A stretch of 64,000 nt of DNA from Mobula hypostoma (lineage: Eukaryota). The stretch is taken from positions 168,642,001 to 168,706,000 of the forward strand of contig NC_086097.1 of the NCBI RefSeq assembly GCF_963921235.1, read 5' to 3'. The notes below the pieces were generated by a model, which was not told the origin of the DNA, made no database searches, and worked only from the letters and a program-made list of their open reading frames with translations. Within the stretch, counting starts at the first letter, position 1; the number at the start of each line of letters is the position of its first letter. This document shows positions 51,092-63,500 of the stretch, piece by piece. The translations under genes were made by a program, and so were the position numbers.

Positions 51092-51408
51092 GTAAAGGCA
51101 TCCGTTAGTCTTGCAAGACCATGGATCTGCACCTGGAAAGTCTTCTCTCTCCAGGGCGCAGGCCTGGGCAAGGTTGTATGGAAGACCAGTAGTTGCCCAT
51201 GCTCCAAGTCTCCCCTCTCCACAACATCAATGTTGTCCAAGGGAAGGGCATTAGGATCCATACAGCTTGGCACCAGTGTCGTCACAGAGTAATGTGTGAT
51301 TAAGTGCCTTGCTCGAGGACACAACATGTTCCCTCGGCTGGGGCTCAAACTCACGACCTTCAGGTAGCTAGTCCAATGCCTTAACCACTTGGCCACGTGC
51401 CCACACGT
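51092..51408 (-). mobile_element. tRNA-derived SINE with CORE-like segment
   Basis: Minus strand gtggccaagtggttaagg (A box), gagtttgagccc (B box), gtgtcctcgagcaaggcacttaa; 8-bp TSD gctacacc (51084-51091, 51409-51416). Confidence 0.85.
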
Positions 51409-51589
51409 GCTACACCAGACTACTTCTAAGCAGTAACCAGGACAGCAGCATCATACGCCTGCAGCAGAAACTCACAACACAATGCAATCTGATTTCCCAT
51501 TCCCTCCCTGCCCTGTCTCTACTTAATCCAAGCACCTTTGAGCCCCTGTTTCCATTTAATGTGTCCCATGTTTCATGCAGCTGTCCTGA

Positions 51590-52205
51590 GAGGACTGGTC
51601 TTCATGCAGCAACACTGGAGGGTTGGTCAGACCATACTTGGAATACTGTGAGCAATTTTGGGCCCTTACTGTATCTAAGAAAAGCTGTGCTGATGTTGGA
51701 CAGGGTCCAGAGGAGGTGCATGAGAATGATCCGGAGAATGAAAGAGTTAAAGGGTTAACACAAAGAACATTTAGGACTTGTACTCTTGTACTCATTGGGG
51801 GTGGGGGTGGGAAAAGGGAGGGAAACCTTTGAAACCTACTGAGTATTGAAAGGCCAGATAGAGAAGATGTGGATGTGGAGAGAAGATTTCCAATAGAGGG
51901 AGGTTCTAGGAGCAGAGGGCACAGACTCAGAATAGAAGCATACCCCTTTAGAACAAATAAGAAATTTCTTCATCCACACAGCACAAATCTGTAGAATTCA
52001 TTGTCAATGACAGCTGTGGAAGCCAAATCATTGGGTACATTTAAAGCAGAGGTTGATAGGTATTTAATTAGTAAGCATGTCAAAGGTTATGGGGAGAAGA
52101 CAGGAGAATGGGAATGAGAGAGAAAATAAATCAGCCACAATGGAATGGCAGAGCAGACTCGGTAAGTCAAATGGCTTAACGCTGCTCCCATGATTCATGG
52201 TCTTG
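51590..52205 (+). mobile_element. Degraded CR1 3' end
   Basis: VRPYLEYCEQFWA followed by CR1 3' UTR. Confidence 0.8.
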
Positions 52206-52714
52206 TGATCATCTGTGTCTGGGTCCTTAACTCCAGAATCCCCACCCTGGTCTTTTCCATCTCCTTCATAACAGATCATAAAAGATCTTTGAGCATCCCT
52301 ACTGTAAAACCCAGTACATAATCATTTGGGAATGTTGATGGCTCAGTTATTGGTACACAGAATCCTCATTAGCCACACACCTACATTATTGCAAGGCAAT
52401 CCATGGATTACTAGAAGTGTGGGCCTGACTAATGAAGTGATTGTGCATTTCAGCTTGTGAAACACACTCAATAACCTCCATTTCCCCATTCCCTCTAAGG
52501 TCACTGAGCTCACTGGATAAATTATACCACCTTGCAACACTTAAAGTGAGAGAGAATTATAAGCATGCTGGAGTTATAGATGTTATAGATCCAATAGTCC
52601 AGAAAATCTGCTAGTCAAACACTGAAGTCCCGAAGGTACTGGAATATTGGGGGTTTCCTGTGGTAACTCCAAGTGGACAGGCTTGAACTGGCCTATGCAG
52701 CATCAGGTGCTCTA

Positions 52715-53660
52715 TAAATTGGTACTGGTTTATTACTGTCACCCGTAGCAAGATACCAGTGAAAAGCTGGTCTTGCATAGTGCTTATGCAAATCAAACCA
52801 TAACACAATGCATTGAGCTAGAATGAGGAAAAGTGAAACAATGCAGAATAAAATAAAAACTACTGGTAGATTGCAGTGAACATAAACAATAAAGTGTAAG
52901 AACATAAGAGGAAGGTTGTGAGGCCAAGAGTCCTTCTTATCGCACAAGAGCTCCATTCAGGAGTCTAATAACAGTGTCCTTGAGCCTGGTGGTATATGCT
53001 CTCACGCTTTTGTACCTTCTGTTGAAAAGAGCGGGGAGAGGAGAAAATGCTCGGGACAGGTCGGGTCCTTGATTATGCTGGCTCCTTTACTGAGGCAGCG
53101 AGAACTACAGACAGAGGCTATGGGGTGGGGAGGGGGGATAATTCCTGTGTTGTGTCCACAACTGTAATTTCTTACAGTCACATGCAGAGCAGTGCCATAC
53201 CAAGCCCTCAAGCATCCAAAAAACATTAACAAAAATAGGTAAAAGTCAACAGGTACATACCAAATGTCTTTAGCCTCCCATGGAGGTAGAGATATTGGTG
53301 AGTTTTTGTGGCCATGATGTTAATATGTTTGGAGCAGAACAGGGATTTGGTGGTGTCCATACCTAGGAATTTAAAGCACTCAACCCTCTCAACCTCACAG
53401 CTGATGTAGACAGGAGCCCCTCCCTTTCTGAAGTCAATGACCAGCTGTTTTGTTTTGTTGACATTGAAGGAAAGGTTGTTGGCATGACACCATATCATTA
53501 AGCTCTTTATCTCCTTCCTGTACACCAACCCATTGTTATTTGGGATGCTGCTCACTAAAGTGGTATAATCTACAAACGGGCAGATGAATGGGAGCAGAAT
53601 CTGGCACCAGTCATGAGTACAGGGAGTAGAGTCGGAGGCTTTAGATGCAACCTTGTGGAG
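52715..53660 (-). mobile_element. Degraded Rex1/Babar 3' fragment
   Basis: WCHANNLSFNVNKTKQLVIDFRKG..VERVECFKFLGM. Confidence 0.8.
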
Positions 53661-53880
53661 GTTAGCCACTGAGGCTGGAGAGATGAGAGGAGAATTCTGG
53701 TATATCTTATCGCAGAAGATGACAGCACAGACCACTGCCATGCTCCACCTGCGGCTGAGCTGGCCAAGTTATATCTGCCTTTGGAAGATAATTCTGTGAT
53801 CCCATCTTCCCAATGAGGAAACAGATTTGAAGGAGAATTTGGAGAATCTCAACTCCAGTCTAGTTGGTTTTTCTCTAATC

Positions 53881-53947
53881 CAGGAGTTCCCAACCTTTTG
53901 TATGCCATGGACCAAAGCCATTAAGCAAGCGGTGTGTGGACCCCAGA
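53881..53947. mobile_element. Tiny hAT MITE with right end deleted
   Basis: caggagttcccaacc..gccatggacc..ccattaagcaag; flanks ctctaatc / gtctaatc. Confidence 0.7.
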
Positions 53948-53959
53948 GTCTAATCAATG

Positions 53960-54565
53960 TCTGTTAGGAATACAGGGACATATATTAAACAAAGCTGGGA
54001 TAATAATTTACCCCACACTAAAACAAGTAGTTCATGTAATATAAAGGTGACTGCAATCTATGGATAGAGTTTTATAGTATTATGCAAAATAGAAAAAAGT
54101 TGCTAAGCCACTAACTTGTCATAGGAAAAATGTCATTAAGCTGGAAAGCATGCAAGGGAAATACTAAAGGATGCTGCTGGATTCAAGGGGCTGAGTTATG
54201 GAGAGAAGTTGAGCAGGTTGCAATTTTTTAAAAATTGGAGTGTAGGAGAAAAGAGTGATCTTATAAATGTACAAGGGGCATAGATAGGGTCATGAGCACA
54301 GTTCTTCCCCCACCTCCCCGGGAGAAGGAATGAAAACCTCGTGGGAATAGCTTTAAGATGAGAAGGGAGAGAGGCTCAACAGGAATCAGAGGGGCAACTT
54401 TTTTTACCCAGAGAGCAGTCACTATGTGGAATGATTTGCCAGAGGGTGGTTGAGGCAGGTACATTAACACATTCGGAAGGTACTTGGATTGGAAGGGTTT
54501 AAAGAGATGAGTCAAAGAACAACTGAGACTAGCTTGACCAGCTGGGCTGTATGATTCTACGACTC
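53960..54565 (+). mobile_element. Degraded CR1 3' end
   Basis: aggatgctgctggattcaaggggctgagttatggagagaag..ggggcaactttttttacccagagag. Confidence 0.7.
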
Positions 54566-57415
54566 TCAAGGGAGTTTTATCAACCAGGTCCAATCACCAA
54601 TTCGAAAGTCTAACAATTTTTAAAAATTCATTTCCATGATGGTGATGTCACCAGTAAGTCTGCTTTTTATTGCCCAACCCCAATAATTACATCCTCCAAA
54701 TCTTCATTTTCATTATAACATTCAAGATGATTGTCAACACCTTCAAATTCTTCATAGTTTCTAACTTGATGAAGTAGTGAAATAGTTTCATTTTCATTCC
54801 CAGAAGTTTCTGGCACATCTGAATGCTTAAAACCACAGTGAACTAAAGTTCTGAATTGTCTTACTGCTTACATTTCCACCAACTACCAGTGACAAAAAAA
54901 AATCACTTTTTTAAAAAAAACACCAACACATGAAATAGATGCCATTTTAAAAAGCTGTTTGTTCTACGCATGGTGTAGTGTCTAATGGCCACAGAAGTGT
55001 ACGTGACTGACGCTACTTAGAAACTTCTCCGCAACATTCTCCCAGCCCCAATTAAGAAGCATAGTGTCCCAAATAAACAAAGGGAACCCCAGCATTTTTC
55101 TCAATTAGCTTTTGTTCTTTTAGAGTTGTCCCAAGTAAGCGGCTATACTATTAACCAGAATTTACTGTGCTTTTTTTTAAATTCCAGATTTACTTAATTT
55201 GCTGCATTTAAATTTTCCAATTGGAATGGGTGCATTAGCTAAATGAAAAAAGGCAAACATAGGATTAATATAAACTTACTCAAAAGATTGACCTTCACAA
55301 GAACTTGTGTAAATCTTAACATTTGAACAATACCAAGCAGGTTGTAAAAGCACTCCAAATGACTAACAGAGGAACTGTTAACTAAATACGCCCAGCTTTC
55401 AACCATAAAACTGTAAAATGAAGTGGATTGGAAAGACGTTATGGAAATGAGAAGCCCATGATCAGTCTCTTATTCAGACCCTAGTTCTTCCCTCCTGCCG
55501 AATTTGGCTTATGTCCAGTTTCATCAACATGAACGTAAGTTGTAGAGTGAATGGCTGACAGAGGAGTTACAGCGAAGCAGAGATTGGAAAATGAAGTTCC
55601 GTCTACTAATCAATGTTGTAGTCACAAAGAAATTAAACCCCACATGCTCTTTGGACTTATTATCATGAAAGTAATTGAAAAATGTGGCCTAAATTAGTTT
55701 GCATATTATAATAAGTCTCTGCATATTATGTGAAAATTTTTCAAAGGTTCATGATTTTACCTATATACTTCACTCCCATTACTCTGCCTTTCAAAGTTTT
55801 GAAGATGCAATGTAAATACATTATGTAAATATATGATCTATCCATAATGACCAACTTCTTACAGATCAAACGGAACAGCAATTACTAACTTGCACGAAAC
55901 ATTGATGATCCAGATTCAGTCCTGAGGGATTTATTCAGACATAACTATAGTACTATAACAATGAACAACCAGCTCATTCATGTTAGATGAGCCAAGACAA
56001 TCAACCTGATTCTCAAATATTACTTATACAATTTGTTTCAAACAGACACGAACATTGTAAAACAATTTACTCACTCAATTTTATCTGTGAGATTAATAAC
56101 ATTAGGCATACTTTTTGATACCAATGATGTTCTTCAGTGATTTGGATTAACTACATAGCATCAAATAAAGCAATTCAAGAGAAAATGGAGGAAATACAAC
56201 AAAATTCTACAGCAGAGAAATATTCACATTTCACATGATCAAATAGACAAAAACAGAAATAGGCCTTTCTGCCTACCATGTTCATACTGACTCATCTCAT
56301 TCCATTTACCTACTCTCCATCCGTAGCCTATTATGTCTCGGTAATTTCAATGCTCCTTGTTAATTGTTAGGAAAGTCTCTGCCTTCATCCCACCTCTAAA
56401 CAGTGCACTCCATGTTCTAACCAGCCTCCTCCCCCGACTTCCTCTAAACCACTTAACTCATCACCTGACCCCCTGAACTAAATAACCAGATAGTAGCAGA
56501 GTACAAACTTTATCCACTTCCTGGATAAAGACTCTTTTCCCTCAGTTCCTCTTTGGATTTATTAGTGACTCTTATCCTTGCAATGTTAATTTCTGCACAT
56601 TCTCACAAGCAAATGCAGAGATTCTGCAAACTTTGAATGTAATAGCATTGTCAATTCCCCTTTCCCTCTTCTACCTTCTAGAGGAAGATACAAGAACTTG
56701 AAAGCCTGGACATTCAGACTTAAGAACAGCTTCCCCCCCCCCACCCCCCGCCACTACTATCAGACTCCTGAACCAATCCCTTTTTCACGTTCCCTTCCCA
56801 ATGGTGCTGTCATGTTCACAGTCTCCTAAGTCTACCTCTCTTGGCAATTCTGTTATTGTCACTTTAATGTTTCTTTTGCACAACCTCAGAGTACCATTGC
56901 TGCTTTGCACCTGTCACCATTTATTACTGCAATGCTCGCTGTTTACTCATGTGAGCACTTGATTTATTGCACCCTGGTGTATCTGACAATAAACTAATCC
57001 AAATCTGAATCCCTTTAAAATTTATGCTCCAGGATCTCTTTCCACCCAGAGGTCCATATCAGACTACTTCAGCTACTCCACATCATTATCACTCCATTTA
57101 CCCACCTGAACAATACTTTTTTTAAAAAAATTTATAGCAAAGAATATTCTGAAAGAACTTTGTTGTACAGTAATGCACATCTACTTCAAGGGTTGATCAA
57201 ACACATTGTTTTGCATTTTGTTGTCAATGGCCATTGTAAAACTTGCTCCCTACATAATTTACCACTATATTTGAGAAAGTAAGTAACAAAAATAACAATA
57301 TGAAAGTATCAGACAGGGTAGTATCTAGGAAAATACAGTACAGACTCTCTTGCAAAATGTAGATTTACCTCAGTGGGGATGAATGACTAGGATAATTCAA
57401 TTTACTTATTTGTAG

Positions 57416-57572
57416 AAAGACAAGATAGAAATCTACAGATGCTTCAGACCTGGTGATATTGTTTCAGCAAAAGTGATCTTACTTCAGTTACCCGCTGACA
57501 ACAGCAGAAAATGAACTAGGAACGGTTGCCGCACACCTTCACACAAAGGACTGCAGAAATATGCAATTCCTT
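57416..57572 (+). pseudogene. EXOSC1: Degraded processed pseudogene fragment of exosome component 1 (Csl4)
   Basis: Translates KDKIEIYRCFRPGDIVSAKVI / frameshift / YPLTTAENELGTVAAH / HTKDCR, against recalled human KDKVEIYKSFRPGDIVLAKVI..YLLTTAENELGVVVAH..HTKEFR; no introns, two deletions. Confidence 0.85.
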
Positions 57573-58478
57573 CTGGGAACAGTTGCCCAGGCCCCACCTT
57601 TGCTGAGGTCTGGGCAGCTTAGTGGGGGGAGATATTACTGGTTAGGAAGGCAGATGAAGATCGTTATGGGCCTAACTGAATAGTCAACTCGCTGCATGTG
57701 TTTTTACAGCATTGAAGGTGAACCTTTCACACACTGACTCCGCTTCCTTAACCATTATGGCAGCATTCCAAAATACCTCACTTTCTTATCTCTCCTCTAT
57801 AACCCGCTGTAAACTCCTGCCTGTTACAATGCCACCAGAAACAATTTAATCACTATTTACCATATTGAAAACAATCGCTAGCTTGTTACCTCAATCAGGT
57901 TACCCTTAATCTTATCAACTCCATTAGAAACCCTACAACATATACAACCTGACAAAAGATTACTGGATCCAACTGCAACCTTCACACTGTTTTATTTTCT
58001 ATCTTGCTTATTATGGTTTGTGCAAACTGCTCCAACAAGAACCCAAAGGTCTCCATCCTGCACCTTATTTCATCATCGCAGAATCAGGTTTATTTTCACC
58101 GCATATGATGTGAACTTTGTTAATCTACAACTGATATCTCCATTTATTAGAAACACACCATTTAATACACAATTCCTTCTCTTAATCCCACAAAGACCTT
58201 TCCTTCTGCATCTACCACCTCTTAACATCACTTAAGACCAGACTAATGGATCCACAGACAGGCAAAGTCTAAGTACAGCAGTATAACCAAGCTCAGATCT
58301 CAAACCCTGCTACTCCCACCTTAAATATGATGGTAAACCAGAAAACCAGGGGAATGGCTGAGTAACAGCTTGAGTTAATTGGTTCAACAATGTTCAATTA
58401 CCCGTCTTTTCTGAGTTTTAACTGGGCAGTTCTGCAAGTTCACTAACTTTGTTTCTCTTTTGCTGATGCTGCCTGATC

Positions 58479-59059
58479 TTAGAAACATAGAAAACCTATA
58501 GCACAATACAGGCCCTTCGGCCCACAAAGCCGTGCCGAACATGTACCTACCTTAGAACTACCTAGGCTTTATCCATAGCCCTCTATTTTTCTAAGCTCCA
58601 TGTAGCCATCCAGGAGTCTCTTAAAAGACCCTATCATATCCACCTCCACCACCGCCGCTGACAGCCTATTCCACACACTCACCACTCTGAGTAAAAAAAA
58701 AACTTACCCCTGACATCTCCTCTGTATTTACTTCCAAGCACCTTAAAACTGTGCCCTCTCGTGCTAGCCATTTCAGCCCTGGGGAAACACCTCTGACTAT
58801 CCACACAATCAATGCCTCTCATTATCTTGTACACCTCTATCAGGTCACCTCTCATCTTCAGTTGCTCAAAGGAGAAAAGGACGAGTTCACTCAACCTATT
58901 CTCGTAAGGCATGCTCCCCAATCCAGGCAACATCCCTGTAAATCTCCTCTGCACCCTTTCTATGGTTTCCATGTCCTTCTTGTAGTGAGGCGACCAGAAC
59001 TGAGCACAGTACTCCAAGTGGGGTCTGAACAGGGTCCTATATAGTTGCAACATTACCTC
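58479..59059 (-). mobile_element. CR1 3' fragment inserted into a Penelope-tail remnant
   Basis: ORF 58679-59080 REVMLQLYRTLFRPHLEYC; host gatgctgcctga|cctgctgagcacttctagcatt is split by it. Confidence 0.9.
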
Positions 59060-59875
59060 CCTGCTGAGCACTTCTAGCATTCTTTTAGTTCAGATTTCCA
59101 TCAACTTCTGTGTACTGCACTCAACTGTTCCAGTGTGTTACACTCTTACTCTTTGGGTCTCATTCACTTAACCTTCAGACAGAGAAGCCACAATCAACAA
59201 TCATTCATTACCCTCACTCAAGCAGCATTTGTGTCACTATCTCTAACTTTGCCTCCTACCCCTGCACCTCCCTGCAATTTAAAATGTGTTTTCTTGCTTC
59301 TCCAATTCTGCTGCAAGTTTACTACCCTGAAACTTTTCTCACTCCACGGATGATGCCCAACCCCCAGGCAGCCCCAGCACTTTCTCTTTCTATTTGTGTC
59401 TGAGCGAATGGGGACCTCTTGGATAGTCCTGGCAAAAGAGAGCGAATCTCATTCTTAAATGGACTGTGCTCTCCAAATGCCAACATTTTTTTTTGCAGTG
59501 GAGAAGGTGATTCTCCTGTTAATGGTGGGTCTGCACAGCATTTCAATACACGTGCACCAGTAACAGGACCCGTTGCAGTGCCCAAATACATGGTGCACAG
59601 TGGAAAAAGCTAAGCCCCACAGTTGAAACCAACCAAAACTATCAACTACAAAATTAATTGCTCTGACCATATATGCACCCCCCCCCAACACATTAGATAA
59701 ACCCTCAGCTGTCCTACCAGTAATTTCAGACTTGTACCTGGAGAGAAAAGTGGGGCATTTTCCGAGTTTTGGACATTGCTGACAAAACCAGCATTTCGTA
59801 CTCAAACCCATTGTCTCTGAACAGACAGGCTTGCTGTCCACGTAGCCACTGAAAGGGCAGATCTTGCCTTTCCTA

Positions 59876-60070
59876 CAGACACAACAGACTGCAGATGGAG
59901 CAACAAATCTGCTGAAGGAACTCAAGCGGGTCAAGCAGCATCTGCGGGAGGAAAGGAATTGTCAATGTTTTGGGGTTGAAACCCTGCTGCAGGGTTTGGA
60001 TCCAAAATGTCCACAATTTCTTTTCTCCCACAGACAATGCTCGACCCACTGAGTATATCCAGCAGATTGC
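59876..60070. repeat. Penelope-tail-derived foldback (imperfect ~170-bp hairpin)
   Basis: aatctgctg..actca..gggtc..agca..ttttgg..aaaccctgc|tgcagggttt..ccaaaa..tgct..gaccc..tgagt..cagcagatt, symmetric about ~59986. Confidence 0.7.
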
Positions 60071-60829
60071 TTAGATGAGTTTTTTAAAGTAATGTGGTCA
60101 TCGCAACTAACACTAGATGCTTTTTCTTTTAAAGTGTCTGATTATCAAGCAACCTTCAATTGGATAGCTGCCACGGAGGGATTTGAACTTGGGTCTATGG
60201 ACTTTTAGCAAAGCTCTAACCCTCCTCCCACTGGTACTTGCCTGCAGTGAGTCAGGAGGCCAACAAAAGTGAACGGAATATGGAACAAGTGTCTAGGAGG
60301 TGATAGCAAACTTTATCCCCTTATTTTGTTTGGTTCCCACTCCCTTTCCCTGGACAAAGTTAGAAGGGGTCACCAATAAAAATCCTAGCACCATCATTTG
60401 TGGGAATAGGAAATCAGCCTGCATTGTGATGCTTTTCCTTATCCTTGCCGCTGATTAAGCATTGTTGTTAAATGTTAAACCATGCAGTAACCTAGTAAAA
60501 CAAAAAAGCCAAGTGCTTTGGAATAAGCACAAGCTGGACGAACTCAGTGGGTCAGGCAGTATCTGTGAAGGGAAATGGAGAAACAATTATTGGGTCAAAA
60601 CCCTTGATCTAGACATCATAACAACGACCAAAGCCATCAACTGTGGCTCCTTCGGAGCTTTGCCCATGATTTTTATCAGTCACAGTCAAAGAAATCACTC
60701 CTGAAATCCTACACATAGATCAAGTGTAAGAGATGGACCAGATTTCATTAAAATTTGATTAAACAACAGGAAAGATGGGAATGTAGTAGAAATTGCCATG
60801 GGATAATCAGCATTTCAACAAAAGCTTAC

Positions 60830-60864
60830 CTCTGGTTCTGTACATTGCGAGGGTTCCCCTTTAT
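60830..60864 (-). CDS. Candidate 35-nt exon of an unidentified host gene
   Basis: Strong acceptor ttttcctttttgccttctag| and donor GAG|gtaagc; open as IKGNPRNVQNQ or (D)KGEPSQCTEPE. Confidence 0.5.
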
Positions 60865-61174
60865 CTAGAAGGCAAAAAGGAAAATATTTTTCAAAAGACG
60901 ATCAATTATAGATTTTTCTTGAAATTCATGCTTCAGCGACATTACATGACACAGTAAAACAGTTCTGTACTCCAGTTAACAATCCTTGCACACACTATTC
61001 CTTAATCAATCCAATATCAAGCAGACCAATTAGTTTTCAGCTAAAGAACTTGTTTTAATAACCACTGCAACATTATGCATTTCGCTAACAGCTTTATTTA
61101 AAATTATCCAGAGATTCATCAGAAAAGTAGAGAGCACATGCAGGCCAGACTGGGCAAGGACAGCAGATTTAGTC

Positions 61175-61512
61175 AGAGTCACGCAGCATAGAAACAGACC
61201 CTTCAGCCCATCAATTCCATGCTATCATTCAACCTTGATTTACACTAATCCCCCTTTATTCTCTCCACGTTCTCAAGTTCCACCCCTCCCCCCCCACCGA
61301 CTCTACCATTCACTTGCACACTAGGGGCAATTTACAGGGGCCAATTACCCTTCCACCCTACATCTCTTTGTGATGTAGGAGGAAACTGGAGCACCCGGAG
61401 GAAAGCTACACAGTTATAGGAAGGACGTGCAAACACACAGATGGCACCAAGAGGCCAGGACTGAACCCCATCACAGGAATGGATGTCAACAGCTCCACTA
61501 GCCAGGCCACTG
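61175..61512 (-). mobile_element. V-domain SINE (HE1-like)
   Basis: ggggcaatttacaggggccaattac..gtaggaggaaactggagcacccggaggaaa..aggaaggacgtgcaaac. Confidence 0.8.
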
Positions 61513-61959
61513 AACCCCAAAAAATCTGTTAACCTATTATTAGTTTAGCACCACTAATCTTTTAAAAACTAATTAGAGCTTAAATATTGCAGTTATTGTT
61601 GTGGGTTCAGGTTGGTCTCTCATTAGTTGAGAGGCTCTGGAGTTCTCACCATGCCTGGTGTCATTGACGCAGATAAATAACTCTCATGCTGCTGAAGAAG
61701 TACCCTGGAGCAGCCTGTCACAGCCAAAGGCTGTCTTACTCCATCATGCCTCCTCCACTCTTGGGTACACTGGTCTTTAATGGACCATGTCAACCATTGA
61801 TGCTTGATAATTAAATAGCCGGCACACTTGATGATAAGTTTTGAAATTTATGTCTGTTATGAAAGACCTTTCTGTGGTGCATGAAATTGCAAGTCATACC
61901 TATAGATTCTTCTGCACAATGCCATAATGATGTATAGAAATTTGGCCTGTCCCCTAAAA

Positions 61960-62546
61960 CCCTCACTAATTTTTATAGATGCACCCCGTAGAAAGCTTTC
62001 TTCTAGGGTGCATCACAACCTGGTATGGAAGTTGTCCTGTCCAAGACTGAAAGAAGCTGCAGAAGATCGTGAACATGGCGCAGCACATCACACAAACCAA
62101 TCTTCCGTCCGTGGACTCACTTTACACCGCACGTTGTCGGAGCAGTGCTGCCAGGATAATCAAGGACACGACTCATCCAGCCAACACACTTTTCGTCGCT
62201 CTTCCCTCCAGGAGAAGGCTCATGAGCTTGAAGACCCATACGGCCCTATTTGGGAACAGCTTCTTTCCAACTGTGATAAGACTGCTGAACGGATCCTGAC
62301 CTGGATCTGGGCCATACCCTCCAAATATCCAGACCTGCCTCTCGGTTTTTTTGCACTACCTTACTTTCCATTTTTCTATTTTCTATTTATGATTTATGAT
62401 TTAAATTTTTATATTTACTAATTTTTACTATTTTTAATATTTAATATTTGTAATCCAGGGAGCAGGTAGCACAGAATCAAATATCGCTGTGATGATTGTA
62501 AGTTCTAGTATCAATTGTTTGGCAACAATAAAGTCTAAAGTATAAA
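61960..62546 (+). mobile_element. Rex1/Babar 3' fragment
   Basis: AQHITQTNLPSVDSLYTARC..IIKDTTHP..LPSRRR..NSFFPTVIRLLN; tail caataaagtctaaagtataaag. Confidence 0.85.
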
Positions 62547-63094
62547 GAAATTAACTTTCATCTAAAAACATCAAATGGAATTCTTGTATTACAACACTAA
62601 TAGTTTGAGAAAGATTTCCTAAAAAAAAAACTGGGTAAAGCATTGCCTGTTATCCACATGACTGGAATTGTACTTCCCAGATCTACACTGAAAGGCTCAG
62701 TAAGGTTCATCTGATCAGATAGAGCGCTTACACACCACATTCAAACCTCCCTCGATATCAAACTAGGAGAGCCGTTCAACAATTCCCAATGGACAAATTC
62801 CTCAGCTAAACCTACTTTGTCAGGTGGTGGGAAGGAAGGGAAATACCAGAGGCCACAAATATCCCACGGGACAAACAGCAAAAACCCACAGGGATGAACT
62901 GTCCCTACAAGCCATGCTTTTTGAGCACCAAGTGCAAAGTCAGGGAGTGGAAACATGAAAAGGACAAATCAACGACTGAAAAGCATTATGAGAAAGGGGA
63001 TGACACAATGACAGCATTAGACGAACTATCAAAGCAGTTCAGCAGCGAGAGTAACCTGGAGACACAAGAGACTGAAAAAGTCAGTGGGTCAGGC

Positions 63095-63500
63095 GGTGAT
63101 GTCATGTTGTATCTGTTCAAAATATTGATAAAATCACACTTGGAGTATTGTGTACAGTTTTGGTCACCATACTACCGGAAGGTTGGATTAGCAATTGAGA
63201 GAGTGCAGAAGAGATTCACCAGGATATTGCCTGGACTAAAGGGCCGTGGTTACAAAAAGAGATTAGTTCTCCAGTCCTGATGAAGGGTCTCAGCCCAAAA
63301 CGTTGACTGTACTCTTTCCCATAGATGCTGCTGGGCCTGCTGAGTTCCTCCAGCATTTTGTGTGTGTTGTACAGGTATTTAGATAGAAAGGCATAAAGGG
63401 ATATAGGCTTTATATGAGCAAATTGTAGAAGCATAAATAGGCACAGTTGGCATGGATGCAATGGGCCAAATGACCCATTTTTGCACTAAATGATTCTATT
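63095..63500 (+). mobile_element. Degraded CR1 3' fragment with ~100-bp Penelope-derived hammerhead unit (63268-63370) inside
   Basis: HLEYCVQFWSPYYRK..RVQKRFTRILPGL; insert cagtc-CTGATGA-agggtctcagccc-aAAAC-GTT-gactg...cagcattttgtgtgtgttg. Confidence 0.8.

Noticed and set aside
51330..51405. tRNA-like sequence (also 9620-9689)
   Set aside because: These are SINE heads followed by SINE bodies and tails, not tRNA genes
59738..59872. Cys-rich ORF and possible 135-nt minus-strand exon
   Set aside because: Acceptor comes from the adjacent PLE-tail repeat, donor (gtacaa) is weak, and no homology is recognisable
62894..63280. 128-aa ORF
   Set aside because: C-terminal half is CR1; N-terminal half has no recognisable homology or splice support
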